A DNA stretch of 63,935 bases, counting the filler, from Intoshia linei (lineage: Eukaryota; Animalia; Orthonectida), in the NCBI GenBank assembly GCA_001642005.1. It is 10 parts of 10 records of this genome, joined end to end, with 100 filler letters (N's around TTAATTAATTAA, not from the genome) between each part and the next. Parts side by side here need not be neighbours in the genome. Positions count along the whole stretch, not along the records: positions 12,583 to 31,228 come from LWCA01000768.1; 9 more parts are not named here. One strand, 5' to 3'. The position numbers and the translations under genes are program-made. This document shows, in pieces, positions 12,583-26,020 of the stretch. The notes beneath the pieces were generated by a model, which searched no databases, was not told the DNA's origin, and was given only the letters and a program-made list of their open reading frames with translations. Positions within the stretch are counted from its first letter, which is position 1. Each line of letters begins with the position of its first letter.

Positions 12583-13162
12583 TAAATAATTTTTAATATA
12601 TTATCAACCATATTTTTCAAATATTTCGATTAAAATTAAAAATTGAAAATGTAAATATAGATGCTACAATTTCAAAAATTATGTGTATTGACGTCTACTC
12701 ATTTCCAGTCAAGACATATGGATGAAAATCTATATAATTCATTCCTTCGGAATCATTTTTCATTGCTACGCAATTTTGAAATCTCAAATTCTCATTTTTA
12801 AAACACTTCGTATAAAATTGAAATAAAAACTACAACAACGAAACTAAAAGTAATACAACTTTGTTATTATCATTTTTATATTTATTACAATCCTTTATAA
12901 TATTAGTAAAATTCGTTTGAAATATGTTTATAAAGTGAAGATTCCGTTAATTATTGATACATAATTGGTATTTTTAAGTATTTATTAAATTGGTACGGTT
13001 CTACCTGAAACAAGTTTGAGAACCACTCCTTTAAAGGATTGATAATAGTGAATAATATTTTTAAGTTAGATTTTCAACTTTAATTTATTTTTTTGTAGAA
13101 TAAAAATGTACTCTCGGCAGAGCTAGGTGATGTTTGTACGTAATACATAACAGTCAACCTAG
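12583..13162 (+). mobile_element. Helitron family A, 3' portion
   Basis: Family internal sequence, subterminal hairpin and CTAG|T end. Confidence 0.85.
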
Positions 13163-13705
13163 TTATAATATACTTAGCAATCATTTCTCGTGTAAAGTAA
13201 TTTAGTCAAAAATTTATGTCTGTTTTTAACCATTTATTGAAGAAACTAAGAGGCGTATAGTTTCAAATACATCAATTCCTAACAAACTTTTTCAATAGTA
13301 AGGTTTTATCGCAAATTTCATTTTCAGGAATTCAGTCTTTCAGGGTCAAAAGCCCAAATTACCCTTTTTAAAGAATAGGATGTGTCCTAGAACTTTGAAA
13401 AATATACATTCTGATACAAACTTTAAAAGCATCAGTATTATCATAAATTTCAACCTTAAACACTTATGAAACTTATATAACAGTGAAGGATCTTCCTGTT
13501 ACTTCACTGAAGGTACATACATATGTAGTAGAATATAATAAATAAATTAATAATTGTGATATAGGAATGGTAGGAGAGGGATATAAAGAGAAAGTCATTT
13601 ATTTTATTTAAAACAACGAATATTTCAAATTGAAGTTGTTAATTTCTAAATTGATCTATCTCGGTCAGTCTCTTGATATTATATTATAAAATTATATATA
13701 ATTTA

Positions 13706-16700
13706 CTTTTAATGAAATCATTCAATCCAATTGATTCAACAAATTCTCCTTTTTCTGAATATTGACTATACTTTATTTCATTGGTCATATCTTCAATCTA
13801 TTATTATAATATAGATATTTTGAAAACTTAATTTTATTTTACATCCTTTTCACTTGAATAATTTCCTAAAGCTTTCATCATGTAGGGAATTTCTTCTAAT
13901 AAAATGGTATCTCCAACACTACGAGTTTTGGTACTATTGACGCCCTCCCTGAAATGTATATTATTTATATATTATAATTTAACAAACCCCCTAATTTGAG
14001 CATGATAAAAAAAATCTTCAATTTCGTCCATTGTGAGATTTGTAGCTTCCACTATCATATTATGAAATGGTCGATTTGCATCCTTAGAATTTAAGCTAAT
14101 TTGTATATCCACGACACTAAATTTATAATTAATTAATTTTGATTATTTATTTTTTTTGTAAACTAATTTCAAATTTAATTTAAATTTAAAACAGTACTCT
14201 GTATTTATCAACCATTGATGAACGCATCCATCTTTACCACCGCACGTAAAAGCATATAATCCGTCACCACTTATTGCCACATCTACAATCTACGGGATAA
14301 ACAATATTAATACAACATATACTTCATCATGAGCCACATACACAATAGATTCTGCCGGGTCTCCGGAGGCTGGTAACAATTGTAAACCAATAATATTTTC
14401 ATTACTGAAAAATATGTAATGTTTTTTATTTGACTCTTCACTTTTATCAGATTTTGAGTATTCGATATTGTAATGATAAAATTTTGGTAGATTTATCATC
14501 CTAAATGTTTTGATAATAAATTATTAATAATTATTATTATATAATAATAAATTAATACACTTCAATTGCTAAACCTTAGCCAAAATTTCACTTTGGCATA
14601 AATAAAGAGTGATAATAGTGCAATAATACACTGATTATATTATTGATGCACACTGCATGTAGAATCTACAGTTGTACCCATTCTATTCCGCAGGTATAAT
14701 ATAATGTACATGGTATATCATTGTATTGTTAACATACATAATTCATTATAATCAAACCTTTTGATTTTAGAAGCATATATTGGTGCTAGAATAGTTTTTC
14801 GGCACATTTTAGTGTCTGAGTTGTACAATTTAAATTTTAGCTATTTAAATTAAAATTAAAAAATATATAGTACATATCATGGGGTGGTTCAGAAAATTTA
14901 TATAATTTTATAATGTATTTTTGAATTTATACAGGAAATTCTGTAAAATTTAGTTGTACATCTTGTTAGCATATAAAAAAATTATTCCTTCAGAAGATCA
15001 GCGCTGTTTAAACTTTAACCAATTAGTGACAAACCGATTTTAGAATTGTTCAAACATCATTATTTTTGAAATAGGTAGTTAAAAAATATATCAATAGAGC
15101 TGCAAAGATTCCAAGATATGAAGACAGTAAAAATGGATTAACTTAATCGTAATTAATTAAAATGTGTAGTAAATAGATTTTCTATTGATATGCCCCTTTT
15201 CTACAGATTTTTCGGAAATTTCATGTACTTTTACATCCAAAATTTTAATCAATCAGTCAAAAATTTTAATTATAATTAATTATAGAAATAAATATCCAAT
15301 TTCACCTTAATTATCAATTAATTTACAGCTGAAAAAATTGGTATCACGTTACTCCCAAATTTTTGTGTAATTTGACCAGCGAGTGAAAAAGGTTGACCAC
15401 ATACCTCATCATTGATAGTTTGAATAAAACATTCATTGTTAATTGCAGGATGCCATATCATTGCAATAGGTCGTGCAACCAATTCAATTCTGTCATAGCC
15501 TACAATTTTTAAACATCCCTTCTTGAGTTCATTTGAATTTTCTTCATCAACACTTATATTCAATTCATCACTATCCAAATTTATGGAATATTCAACCTAT
15601 TATAACAATCAAATTTTATTTGCACAGTTATTATACAAAATAGTTACTAATAAAATATTATAAGATTTATAAAACATTAACATGATTAAACTCTTTCCCT
15701 TTATTCACATTTTAGAGTAGTGGTGCTCAATCTTTCTGTTTCGCAAAACACTATTATTTATTAGAATTTTTGTATAGAAATGTAATTTAATCTAATTAAT
15801 TTACTTTTTCCCTAATAATTTCTTAAATTCCTTATAATTATTCAATTTATTTACAATTTGTTAAAACAATAAGTTGATGATCTTAAAAACAATCAAATTA
15901 TTGTTACAACCCTAAAAAATCGTCATAAAAAACATTAATCCCAGAAAAAATGAAATATTAAATACCTGTAATATATAGTTTTTTCCATCATGCATGTTTT
16001 AAAAATCATCATAGAATTTATCCTAACTTATATAATATGCTAAGCGATTTTTGTTTGTGTGTGTGTGTTCAGCTTTATTTAAATAACTACCCGTCTATTT
16101 TATATAACTATCGAATTTTATACAGTTCACATTTTAATTACAGCTTTTTCCGGGACGTATAATAAGATAAATTTTAACCTCCCAAACTCACATCTTACGG
16201 GTCAAAAACCCCAGTTGTCCGTCTTTTTGAAAATTAAACGAGTTCAAGAATTTAAAAAAATATATACGCTAATACGGATTTTAAAATCATAAACATTATC
16301 ATAAATTTATAATTAAAAAAATTATATCTTCAGGGCCAAAACCCAAAATTACCCTTTTTTTTTAATGAAAACAGCGCTAGAATTTAAAAAAATTTACAGG
16401 TGGTACAGTTGTATCCTGTTAACACACACAGAAAATTTGAATCTGAATAAGTGATGACTTCATGGTCAAAAAATTTTAGTATTCATATATTTTTTTTCCA
16501 AAATATTTTATTAAAACAAAAAATGTGAAATAATTAACGGTCTGAAAATTAAAAAAAAAAATTATTTTGATAGAGCTTATTCCAGTTGATAAATACAAAA
16601 GTTCAACCCGAGAAATCTACGCATTCCTGATGAAAAATAATTTTAAATATATTATCCACCAATATTTTTCAAATATTTCGATGTGGATTGAACGTCTACA

Positions 16701-19700
16701 CATTTTCAATAAAAAAATATGGGTGAAAATCTATATAATTCATTCCTTCGCAATTTTTAAATTTCAAATTCTCATTTTCAAAACATTTTGTATAAAATTT
16801 AAAATTAAGTTTAGTATATAATCCTGCAAAAAATCGTCACAAATAAGAACACAACCATCTTTTACATCAAAACTTGACAAAACTTTGTTCATATGATCTT
16901 CATTATAATCAGCCGAATCACTAGATATAAGAATAGAACCGGTAGATTTAATAATAACATCTGGTTCTTTTAATAACAATTCATTTATTAATATCACATC
17001 TTGAAAGTATTTGAGTTTAAAATTCTTTACGCAAATTTTAATAAAAAAAATTAAGATGGAATAATTCGCTTTAATGTAAAAAGTAATGTGATATGATGGT
17101 TCCATCTGACACCAATTTGGGAACCATTCCTTTAAAGTGAATAGTAGGATTTTTAAATTAGATTTTCAACATGAATTTATATTTTTGGTATAATAAAAAT
17201 GTACCCTCGGCAGAGCTAGGTCCTGTTTGTACGTAGTACATAACAGTCAACTTAGTGCATTATAAAATATTAGGACTTTTTTCATTTTTAAAAAAAGATT
17301 TGTGTTTTGACTATGAAGATCTAAGTTTCAGAGTCATAGATTTACGACAATATAATGCCAATCAAACGTGTTCTAGAATACTTGTTTTTATATCTTATTT
17401 TAAATTTAAGGGTTGATTTTATTTCTAAATTAAATTGTATATAAGTAAAGGATCTAATGTATATTCTTTTTTTGGGATTAAAAGGTTTTTTCAATACAAT
17501 CGTAGGGTCCAAAGCGAAAAAGGATTGGGAATACATGGTATAGTCACTATACTATAATGTAACAAATCAAAGTCTCAAACAAATCAGTAACTGGTTATTA
17601 ATATGGTTACTTTGAAATGTCTGGGAATATTCAAAATAGTTTAAAGGTTAAGGTGAGATGTGTAAGTAAAGATAGATACGTATACCGATATAGATACGCG
17701 AGCACCCTACTATGTTTACATACATTGCAATATATGTAGCATTACGAATTGTAAAAAATTGTAACTACCCTGAATATATAAATTATATAGATACTAACCA
17801 AATGTCTATCATGACTTAATGAAAGCAATCTAGGTAATTTTGTAACAACGTCTTCACCAAATAAAATGTCCACTATAGGTCCATAATGTGCTCGGTGACG
17901 TCCTCCAAAAAGCCAATCTGAACCAAATGGTTTTGTGTCATCTTTTTTTTTGTAAAATAATGTTATCGACCAATCCTCATTCTAACAATGTAATATAAAT
18001 ATAGGATAATAATAATATACATTTTGTAAACTATAAAGAATGAACGCCATGTTTCATATACATAACATAAATTATAAATGTGAAATAAACAAAATATTAC
18101 ATATGTAACTATATATTTGCCACAAGAAGAATAAATAATTTTTATAATTTGCGCTTTTGCAAAATTTAAAGGTTTTTCAATAACACTTTCTAGTGTAATA
18201 GCATTCACAATGTGTAAATTTCCGTTTAATGTTCCGATAACCAATATTGAACCATTATTTGGTTCATAGCACATGCTCGTTATTGCGACTTGGCCAAAAT
18301 TTTGACAACATATCGTTTTTCTAATATTTAGAATATAATATATTTTATATTTATATTTATTTTCATTTTTATGTTATGTCACGTACATAAATCTTGTATT
18401 ATACCAATTGACAAGATTTTCAATTAATTCTGTATTTATATAAAATTGAATGTCTGCGTGTGTGTATGTTACCGTTTATTTAAAACGATAACCATCCGCG
18501 CATTTTAAACAACCCATTGTCTAATATAGTTTATCGAAAGTCATGTTTTTATGAAACTTACATTTTCAGAAATTGAGTCCTTCAAGTTAAAAAACATAAT
18601 TTGCTTCTATTTTTTTAAAATAAAATGAGCCCTACTATTTAAAAAGCATACATACTAGGACGCGCTTTAAAGTCATTAACATTGTCGTAAATCTCAGCCT
18701 CTTAAATATGTATCTTCATGGTGAAACGCCAAATTATCCTGTCTTAAAAATGAAACATGTCCTAAATTTGTATAAAACATAAATTCTGGGATAGTTTTTA
18801 AAATCATAAATAAAAACCTCAAAAAAAAATAATAATTTTCCCGATCAAAATCCACACTACCATTTTTTTTAAATGAAAACTGTCTTAGAATTTAAAAAAA
18901 ATTACAGATCGTACAGTTGTATCCTGTTAACACACACAAAAAATTTCAATCCGAATAAGTGACGACTTCACGGTCAAAAAAGCATTTTAGTATTCACATA
19001 TTTTTTTTCGAAATATTTTATTAAAACAAAAAATGTGAAGTAATTAACGGTCCGAAAATTAAAAAAAAGATTAATCTGATAGAGCTTATTCCAGGTGATA
19101 TAAATACAAAAGTTTAAACCGAGAAATCTACGCATTCCCAATGAAAAATAATTTTTAATATATTATCAACCAATATTTTTCGAATATTTCGATTAACAAA
19201 TGTAAAATAAAAAATAAATACTGTTTGTACGAAATACATAACAGTCAAGATTGTTAATACTATAAATAAGCAAGTGAAAAATTATTACTTATTAATATAG
19301 TGGTATATTTTTACATAACCATCAGTTGAGCCAACCGCCAAATTTTTTCTAAAATTGATCATTATATATTAATTGTAAATTTATATAATTGTCTATCCAT
19401 CATCCCAAAATTAATCTGAAAATATTAAAAGTATTTTTGTATACATTATGGCTTTATAATTATACTTATTGAATTTGAATTTATTACAATGTTGAATTTG
19501 TTGTAATTGACACTAGAGGATTTTTAAATTCTTTAATAATAATCTAAGATATGATTATAAAAATAATAATAATAATCGATACTTCAAAATCATTTCTTTT
19601 AGTATTAAATCGCGATATGATACTACTTGTCGAGCTGATTACAAAACTGTCAATAATAAATTTTTTTGTATTTATTGTAGCGTCATCAGAAATCATGGAT

Positions 19701-22700
19701 AAATCTTTTTCGTCTATATCGGAATTTCTAAAATATGAAACGTTGAAACTAATCTCTTGTTACAATTTGGATTCAGATTTTTTGTCAAAAGAAAGTGAAA
19801 CAATATTTTCTACTACACAATTTGAGTACCAATTTAGCAATTTTGTAGATTGATCAAAAAATTTAAGAGTACCACTCTCTCCACCAATAGCCAATATACT
19901 AAAATGTGAACATTATATATTACATACTACTATCTATATTAGTATTATTATTTATAAATTAAAAATTGGTAAATTACTCTTTATACACTTCCAAAACGTT
20001 AATGGCTTTTTCTTGTATTTGAATAAGTTTTAGAGATTTTTTAAATATTGGAGGCTGATTTAATTTTTCTATAATTTTACATTATAAAATGTTTTTTTAA
20101 TTTTATCAACCTTTTTCATTTATTATTGATGAATCCCACACTATTAATAAACCGTGACACGTCGCTGTTAGTGCCCGATATGGATATTGAGTTAAAAATA
20201 CACTTTGGGTAAAATTTCCAAGCACTTTATTATAATCTGAATTTGTTAATGGAGGTGAATAATTGTTAATTTCATCTTTTTCGTTGTTCAAATAATAAAA
20301 AATTGTATTGTTATCACTGTTTGATAGTAACTGTCTGTGATCCGTTTGATGAAATTTTAAAAATATCTACAAACAAATTAATAAATTAAATCTATTACAA
20401 ATAATTTAAAAAATAATAATTTTTATCTTAAATCTGAACTGAATGTAAATTTTTTCACTCATAAATCAAATTATTTAGATAACTCTCAATTATATAATAA
20501 AATATAACAAAATTTTAAATTTAAACAGATGAAAAGCTTTTAGCTTGAGAAAGTCGCAGTGATATCCTATAATAATTTGATAAGACCGCGCCTTCTAAAA
20601 ATTGCTAGTTAAAAGATGAATAATGAATACATTTTAAATTAAATTAAATTATTCATGCAACTACAACTATTGTATTCTGTTGCCCTAATTTATGACTAAA
20701 TAACAGAGTATTGATAATTTTGTGATTATATTTGTATTTTTTTCCATAATCTTTTACTTATATAAAATTGAATATCTGCGTTTACCGTTTATTTAAAAAA
20801 TTAAAAATCGTAGAATTTAACTAAACCCAATTTCTAATTAATTAATTAATTTCTAATTTTTTACAGTTTTTCGCGAGCAATGTTTATATATAAATTTTAT
20901 TTTCTAAAATTAAATTCTTCAGGGTCAAAAACCCAATTTTTTTTTTAAAAAAAATATAATGATCCCAAAAATTTAAAAAACCATAAATTCTGGAACACGT
21001 TTTAAAATTAATAACATTGTCGTAAATCTTAGTCTCAAAAACGCAGGCCTTCATGGTCAAAACCATAAATTACTCTTTTTTTAAAAATGAAAAATACCCT
21101 AAAATTTCATAAAACATAAATTCTGATAGTTTTTTAAAATCATAATCATTATCATAAATCACAACCTAAAAAGTATATTTTCACTATCAAAACACGATAT
21201 TATTTTTTTTAATTAAATTAAATATTTTAAAAGTTCTAGAATTAAAAATAACATTAAAGCGTATACCGTTATTTCCAGTTAACACACAAAAATTTTTAAT
21301 CTCACAAAGTGATGCCTTAAAGTTCAAAAAAAAACTTTGGTATTCATTTTTTTTCATTTGATAACTATTTTATTAAAACATAAAATTTATATTAATTAAA
21401 TGTCCAAGAATTTGAAAAAAAAATTATTCTGATGCAGCTTTTCAACCTCAAAAGTCTACGCTTTCTATGTCAAAAATAACTTTTAATATTAATAATAATA
21501 ACCTGATCATTATATTCTGCGAATATATCTAAAAACCATTTTGGATTATTTTGGTCTACGTCACTCCAATCATAAACATAAAGTTTCTACAAACAAAAAA
21601 ATTAATAAATATAGTTTATTATAAGTTAGCTGTTAATTTATTAATTAATGGCTAATAATAATATTACTTGATTGCTCTCTTCTCCACGATGACTTAATAT
21701 AGCTAAATATTTGAAATCGTGAGAAAAGGCAGCGTATACTATTCCGTTTTTAAATATTTCAAAATAAGTCCGAATTGGCACACTATATAACCATAATGAA
21801 TACAAATACATTGTATTTAATACAAAATGCACTGATAAAATACATTTTGAGACTTAAAGAATTGACAAATGCAAACCCACTTTTGGTATAATTTTAAACA
21901 AAACTTTAAAGAATAAAAATCTAAGGAAAGATTTTGTGCGTAACAAACTTGCTTAATCCTTTCCTTTTATTATATAAACTTAAATGTCTGTGTGTGCTAC
22001 CGTTTAATCAAAAAAGCAACAGTCATATTTACAATTTACAAAAACTCAATTTCTAATACAGTTGTTCGAGAGTGCTGTTTTATCGCAAATATTATTTTCA
22101 GAATTTGAGTCTTTCGGAGTTAAAAAACCCAATTTATCCTTTTTTTTATTAAAATAAAATAACCCATAGAATTTAAAAAATATAAATTCTGGGACGCGCT
22201 TTAAAATCATTAATGCTGTCCTACATCTCAGCCTCAGAAACTTACATATTCATAGGCAAAACCACAGATTATTTTTAATTATGAAAAGTCATAGAATTCT
22301 ATAAAATACTAGGTTGATTGTTATGTACTACGTACAAACAGCACCTAGTTATGCCGAGAGCACATTTTTATAATACTTTAAAAATAAATTCAAATAAAAA
22401 TAAATAAATACTATTCACTATTATCAATATTTTAAAGGAATGGTTCCCAAATTTGTGTCAGGTGGAACCATCGTATCATATTACTTTTTACTGAATTATT
22501 CCATCTTAATTTTTTGTTTGTTAACATTCAAAAGTAAAATAATAACAGTCCAATCCTAAAAATTGTAATAAATAGCATAAATTCCAGAAAAAATAAAACA
22601 ATTCAGTCGAATTTTATCGATATTGCAAAAGATTGTAATAAATATAAAAATGATACTAAGTTGTATTACTTTTAATTTCGTTGTTGTAGTTTAAGTTAAA

Positions 22701-24347
22701 ACAAAATATTTTGAAAATGAAAATTTGAAATTTAAAAATTGCGTAGCAATGAAAAAAATTTCAAAAGAATGAATTATGTAGATTTTTACCCATATTTCTT
22801 TATTGGAAATGTGTAAACGTTCACTGCACATTTTATTTGAAATTGTAGGATCAATATTTACATTTTCAATTTTTAATTTAATCGAAATATTTGAAAAATA
22901 TTGGTTGATAATATATTAAAAATTATTTTTCACCCGGGAATGCGTAGAGTTTTCGGGTTAAACTTTTGTATTTATATCAACTGGAATAAGCTCTATCAGA
23001 ATAATCAGGTTAAACTTTTGTATTTATATCAACTGGAATAAGCTCTATCAGAATAATTTTTTTTTTTAAATTTTCGAACCGTTAATTACTTCACATTTTT
23101 TGTTTTAATAAAATATTTCGAAAAAAAAATATGTGAATACTAAAATGTTTTTTTGACCGTGAAGTCGTCACTTATTCGGATTGAAATTTTTCTGTGTGTT
23201 AACAGGATACAACTGTATAACCTGTAAATTTTTTGAAATTCTAGGGCTGTTTTCATTAAAAAAAGAAGGTAATTTGGGGTTTTGGTCCTGAAGATATAAT
23301 TTTTTTAAATTTAAATTTATGATAATGTTAATGATTTTAAAATCCGTATCAGCGTATATATATTTTTCAAATTCTCGAACTCGTTTGATTTTCAAAAAGA
23401 GGGACAATTGGGGTTTTTGACCCGTAACATGTGACTTTGGGAAATTAAAATTATATTTGCGAACACCCCGGAAAAAACTGTAATTGAAATGAAGACTTTA
23501 TAAAATTCTAAGATGGGAGTTATTTAAATAAAGCTGAACACACACACACAAACAAAAATCGCGTAGCATGTTATATAAGTTAGGATATATTCTGGAATAG
23601 TTTTTAAAATTATGATCATAAATTATTATAAAGTGATATCTCAAAAACTTTTAATATCACGATCAAAACCACGTTATCCTTTTACTAAATAATGAAGTCT
23701 TAAACATTACTGTTTATAGAATTATTTCCAATTAACCTACGAAGAAAAATTTTATTGCACAAATTGATGCTTCCCTCGTCAAAACAATACTCTTGTATTA
23801 AATTTTTTTTTTGGTAACTATTTTATTAATCAATACGTGCCATACAACAATTCTAATTTTAGCTACAATCTCAAAATGTATTGATTTAAATTTTAACAAA
23901 TTGTAAATAATATTTTTCTAATAGTATACCATGTAGTAACGTCCCATATAATAAGTTTATTATTATATCCAATATCTGTTGTGGCCATCCATTTTTTGTT
24001 ATCAGTACACGTGATAAAACTGATTTTATTGCACTATATTTAAAAAAATATAAAATGTAATATAACACATACATGTCCCTTTAAAGTGGTTTGCGTCTTT
24101 TCTGATTCATCATAAATAATGGCACTTTTATTTGCAGCATAAGCAATTTTATTTATTTTTGAATCCGATAAATTAATTACAGGCAAATCATGATTATATC
24201 CAAAAGTCCAGAATATACTCTGTTAAATGTATTGAATTGTAATACATGCTATATGCATTTTAAATAAATTAATGCACTTACTAAAGCATCATTCTCGTTT
24301 ATTTTTGTATCACCATTATCAGTTTTTTCATTGGATTTAGCCGACAT
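13706..24347 (-). CDS. CFAP251: Cilia- and flagella-associated protein 251 (WD40 + EF-hand-like), multi-exon, last exon(s) not visible
   Basis: ATG at 24347, then WTFGYN...TLKGH, WD40 exons, GGRHRAHYGP, KIYHYNI..IGLQLLPASGDP, FTCGGKD, YHAQIR|..EIPYMMKALGNYSSE, matching WDR66/CFAP251. Confidence 0.8.
16021..17255 (+). mobile_element. Full-length non-autonomous Helitron (family A) carrying a captured UBA2 fragment, inside a CFAP251 intron
   Basis: A|TC 5' end with (TG)n microsatellite, 3' hairpin and TTAG|T end. Confidence 0.85.
16808..17017 (-). pseudogene. UBA2: Captured fragment of SUMO-activating enzyme subunit 2 (ubiquitin-fold domain)
   Basis: QDVILINELLLKEPDVIIKSTGSILISSDSADYNEDHMNKVLSSFDVKDGCVLICDDFLQDYIL aligns with my recall of UBA2 QDKIVKEKFAMVAPDV..GTILISSEE...KKLSEFGIRNGSRLQADDFLQDYTL. 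Confidence 0.8.
18429..19255 (+). mobile_element. Helitron family B (related, more diverged)
   Basis: TC...tatataaaattgaatgtctgcgtgtgtg 5' end. Shares internal blocks and a degenerate 3' end with family A. Similar copies at ~7800-8150, 20750-21490 and 21960-23840. Confidence 0.65.
22309..23585 (-). mobile_element. Full-length Helitron family A nested in a family B copy
   Basis: TC start at 23585 and CTAG end at 22309, inserted at A^T with no TSD. The rejoined flanks restore family B sequence. Internal ~52-bp tandem duplication at 22957-23057. Confidence 0.88.
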
Positions 24348-24653
24348 TATAAATATTAAGTCCAATTAAATATTTATATTTACTATGGATATCCATACAT
24401 ATAACAAAACAATTTTTAAATAAACAGACTTATATGTATATTATAACAATATTAATTTTTAATTTTTAGGATTTTTAATTAAGAATTAATCCCATTATAT
24501 ATTCCCAAGAGTTTACATGACATTATCAATTAAATTTAAATTTACATATTTGTAAATTTTTAATTCTGCATTGTTATCGCTGATAGTTACAATTTTTCGT
24601 ATTTAAAAATCCATGTTGCCGGATGATCAATTATATTTTAAAATTAGCTTGAA

Positions 24654-25976
24654 ATGATTATAACTTTATGCATTGTGGTTTTTTACCTTTCATTTGTAAT
24701 TTCAATATTTTTGTTTGGTGAGTGTAAACGTTTTTGCAACAACATTGAAAGCCACGAAAAAAACGAAATACTTGACTTGAGCGATGAGTTGAAAATTAAT
24801 ATAAAAGAGGATAATTTATTGCTGGTCATTGCACATCCTGATGATGAAATCATGTAACAATGAGAAATCAAGATTTAATAATTGTATAGGTTTTTTGGTC
24901 CCTTAATTCAAATATGCACTCTGAATGGTATCAGCTTAAAAATTCTTTGTCTATCAAACGGTAAATCTTAAAAAGTACAATTTAACAGACAGGAAATTAC
25001 GATGGAAAAGGAAAAATAAGAACAATAGAAATGAAAAATTCACTTGAAAAAATGGAAATATCTAAAGATTCCTTCGTTATTATCGATAGCCCGTAATTTA
25101 ATTCTAAAATGCCAATATTATCAATGACATTATCCCAGATACCTTAAAGATGGACCAAGTATTGATTGGGATCAAAAAGTAATTTGGAAAATTTTAGAAC
25201 AATACACGCTTAAATGGAAAATTAATAAGGTATTCAATAAATTTCATAATTATAATTGCCATTAGATATTCACATTTGATGAATACGGAATAAGCGGGCA
25301 CAAAAATCACAAATCTGTTCACAAAGCCGTAAAATCATACAAGTAAATTTGAAATTTTTATTACATCAATTTGCAACTTTCTTGTTATTCTTTTTTGCGT
25401 ACTTCATATTCCTCACATATTTTTGTTCCAGCTAAAAATTACTAACAAATTTATAACAATTATTACCCCACGCAAACTCATTTTAAGTTGTCTTTTTGGT
25501 TTCTTGATTCCACCTCTATGGTCCTTGCGATCTATACGTTTAAATTAATGTTACATTTTAATTACTCTGATGGTGGTGACTTGTATTTTTTGATTTCGCC
25601 ATTGATTTGAACGATAAAGTATTTTGTGTAAATTGACAAGGCAAAGTAGATTTGTTAACAAAGTTATTTTTATATATCAATTTTTACAATTTAAATTTTT
25701 TAGTATTAATTGTGATAAATTTTACCTGGAGTCTGTTGGATTAATTAGAAAATATGTGATTTTAGTTGATTTTTATTTTTGGATATTTGAAAAAAATATT
25801 ATTGTGAACGGATTTATTGAACGCTTTAAAATATGGGTAATTTTATTAAATATTTATACACATTTATTTAGCGAGCATTTAAAGAGTACAAATCACAGGC
25901 AGTTTATTACAGATACTTTTATAATATATTTTCACGATACACTTTGGTTAACACATTCAAACGCATAAAAATTTAA
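24654..25976 (+). CDS. PIGL: N-acetylglucosaminyl-phosphatidylinositol de-N-acetylase, 7 exons
   Basis: N-terminal TM, LLVIAHPDDEIM|FF, LCLSNGNYDGKGKIR, TFDEYGISGHKNH, SQ..YYR..SRY. Confidence 0.93.
25366..25602 (-). CDS. RPL29: 60S ribosomal protein L29 (eL29), exons 25566-25602, 25467-25531, 25366-25431, nested in a PIGL intron
   Basis: MAKSKNTSHHHQNRKDHRGGIKKPKRQLKMSLRGLEQKYVRNMKYAKKNNKKVAN* (55 aa). GT-AG introns of 34 and 35 nt; AATAAA just after the stop. Confidence 0.93.
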
Positions 25977-26020
25977 TAGATAACAAAATATACAGCTGTT
26001 ATAAACCATTTAAAATAAAA

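Noticed and set aside
24375-24630. RFX X-box upstream of the ciliary gene CFAP251
   Set aside because: Only poor matches (tttactatggatatc; a gttgcc half-site), expected by chance.
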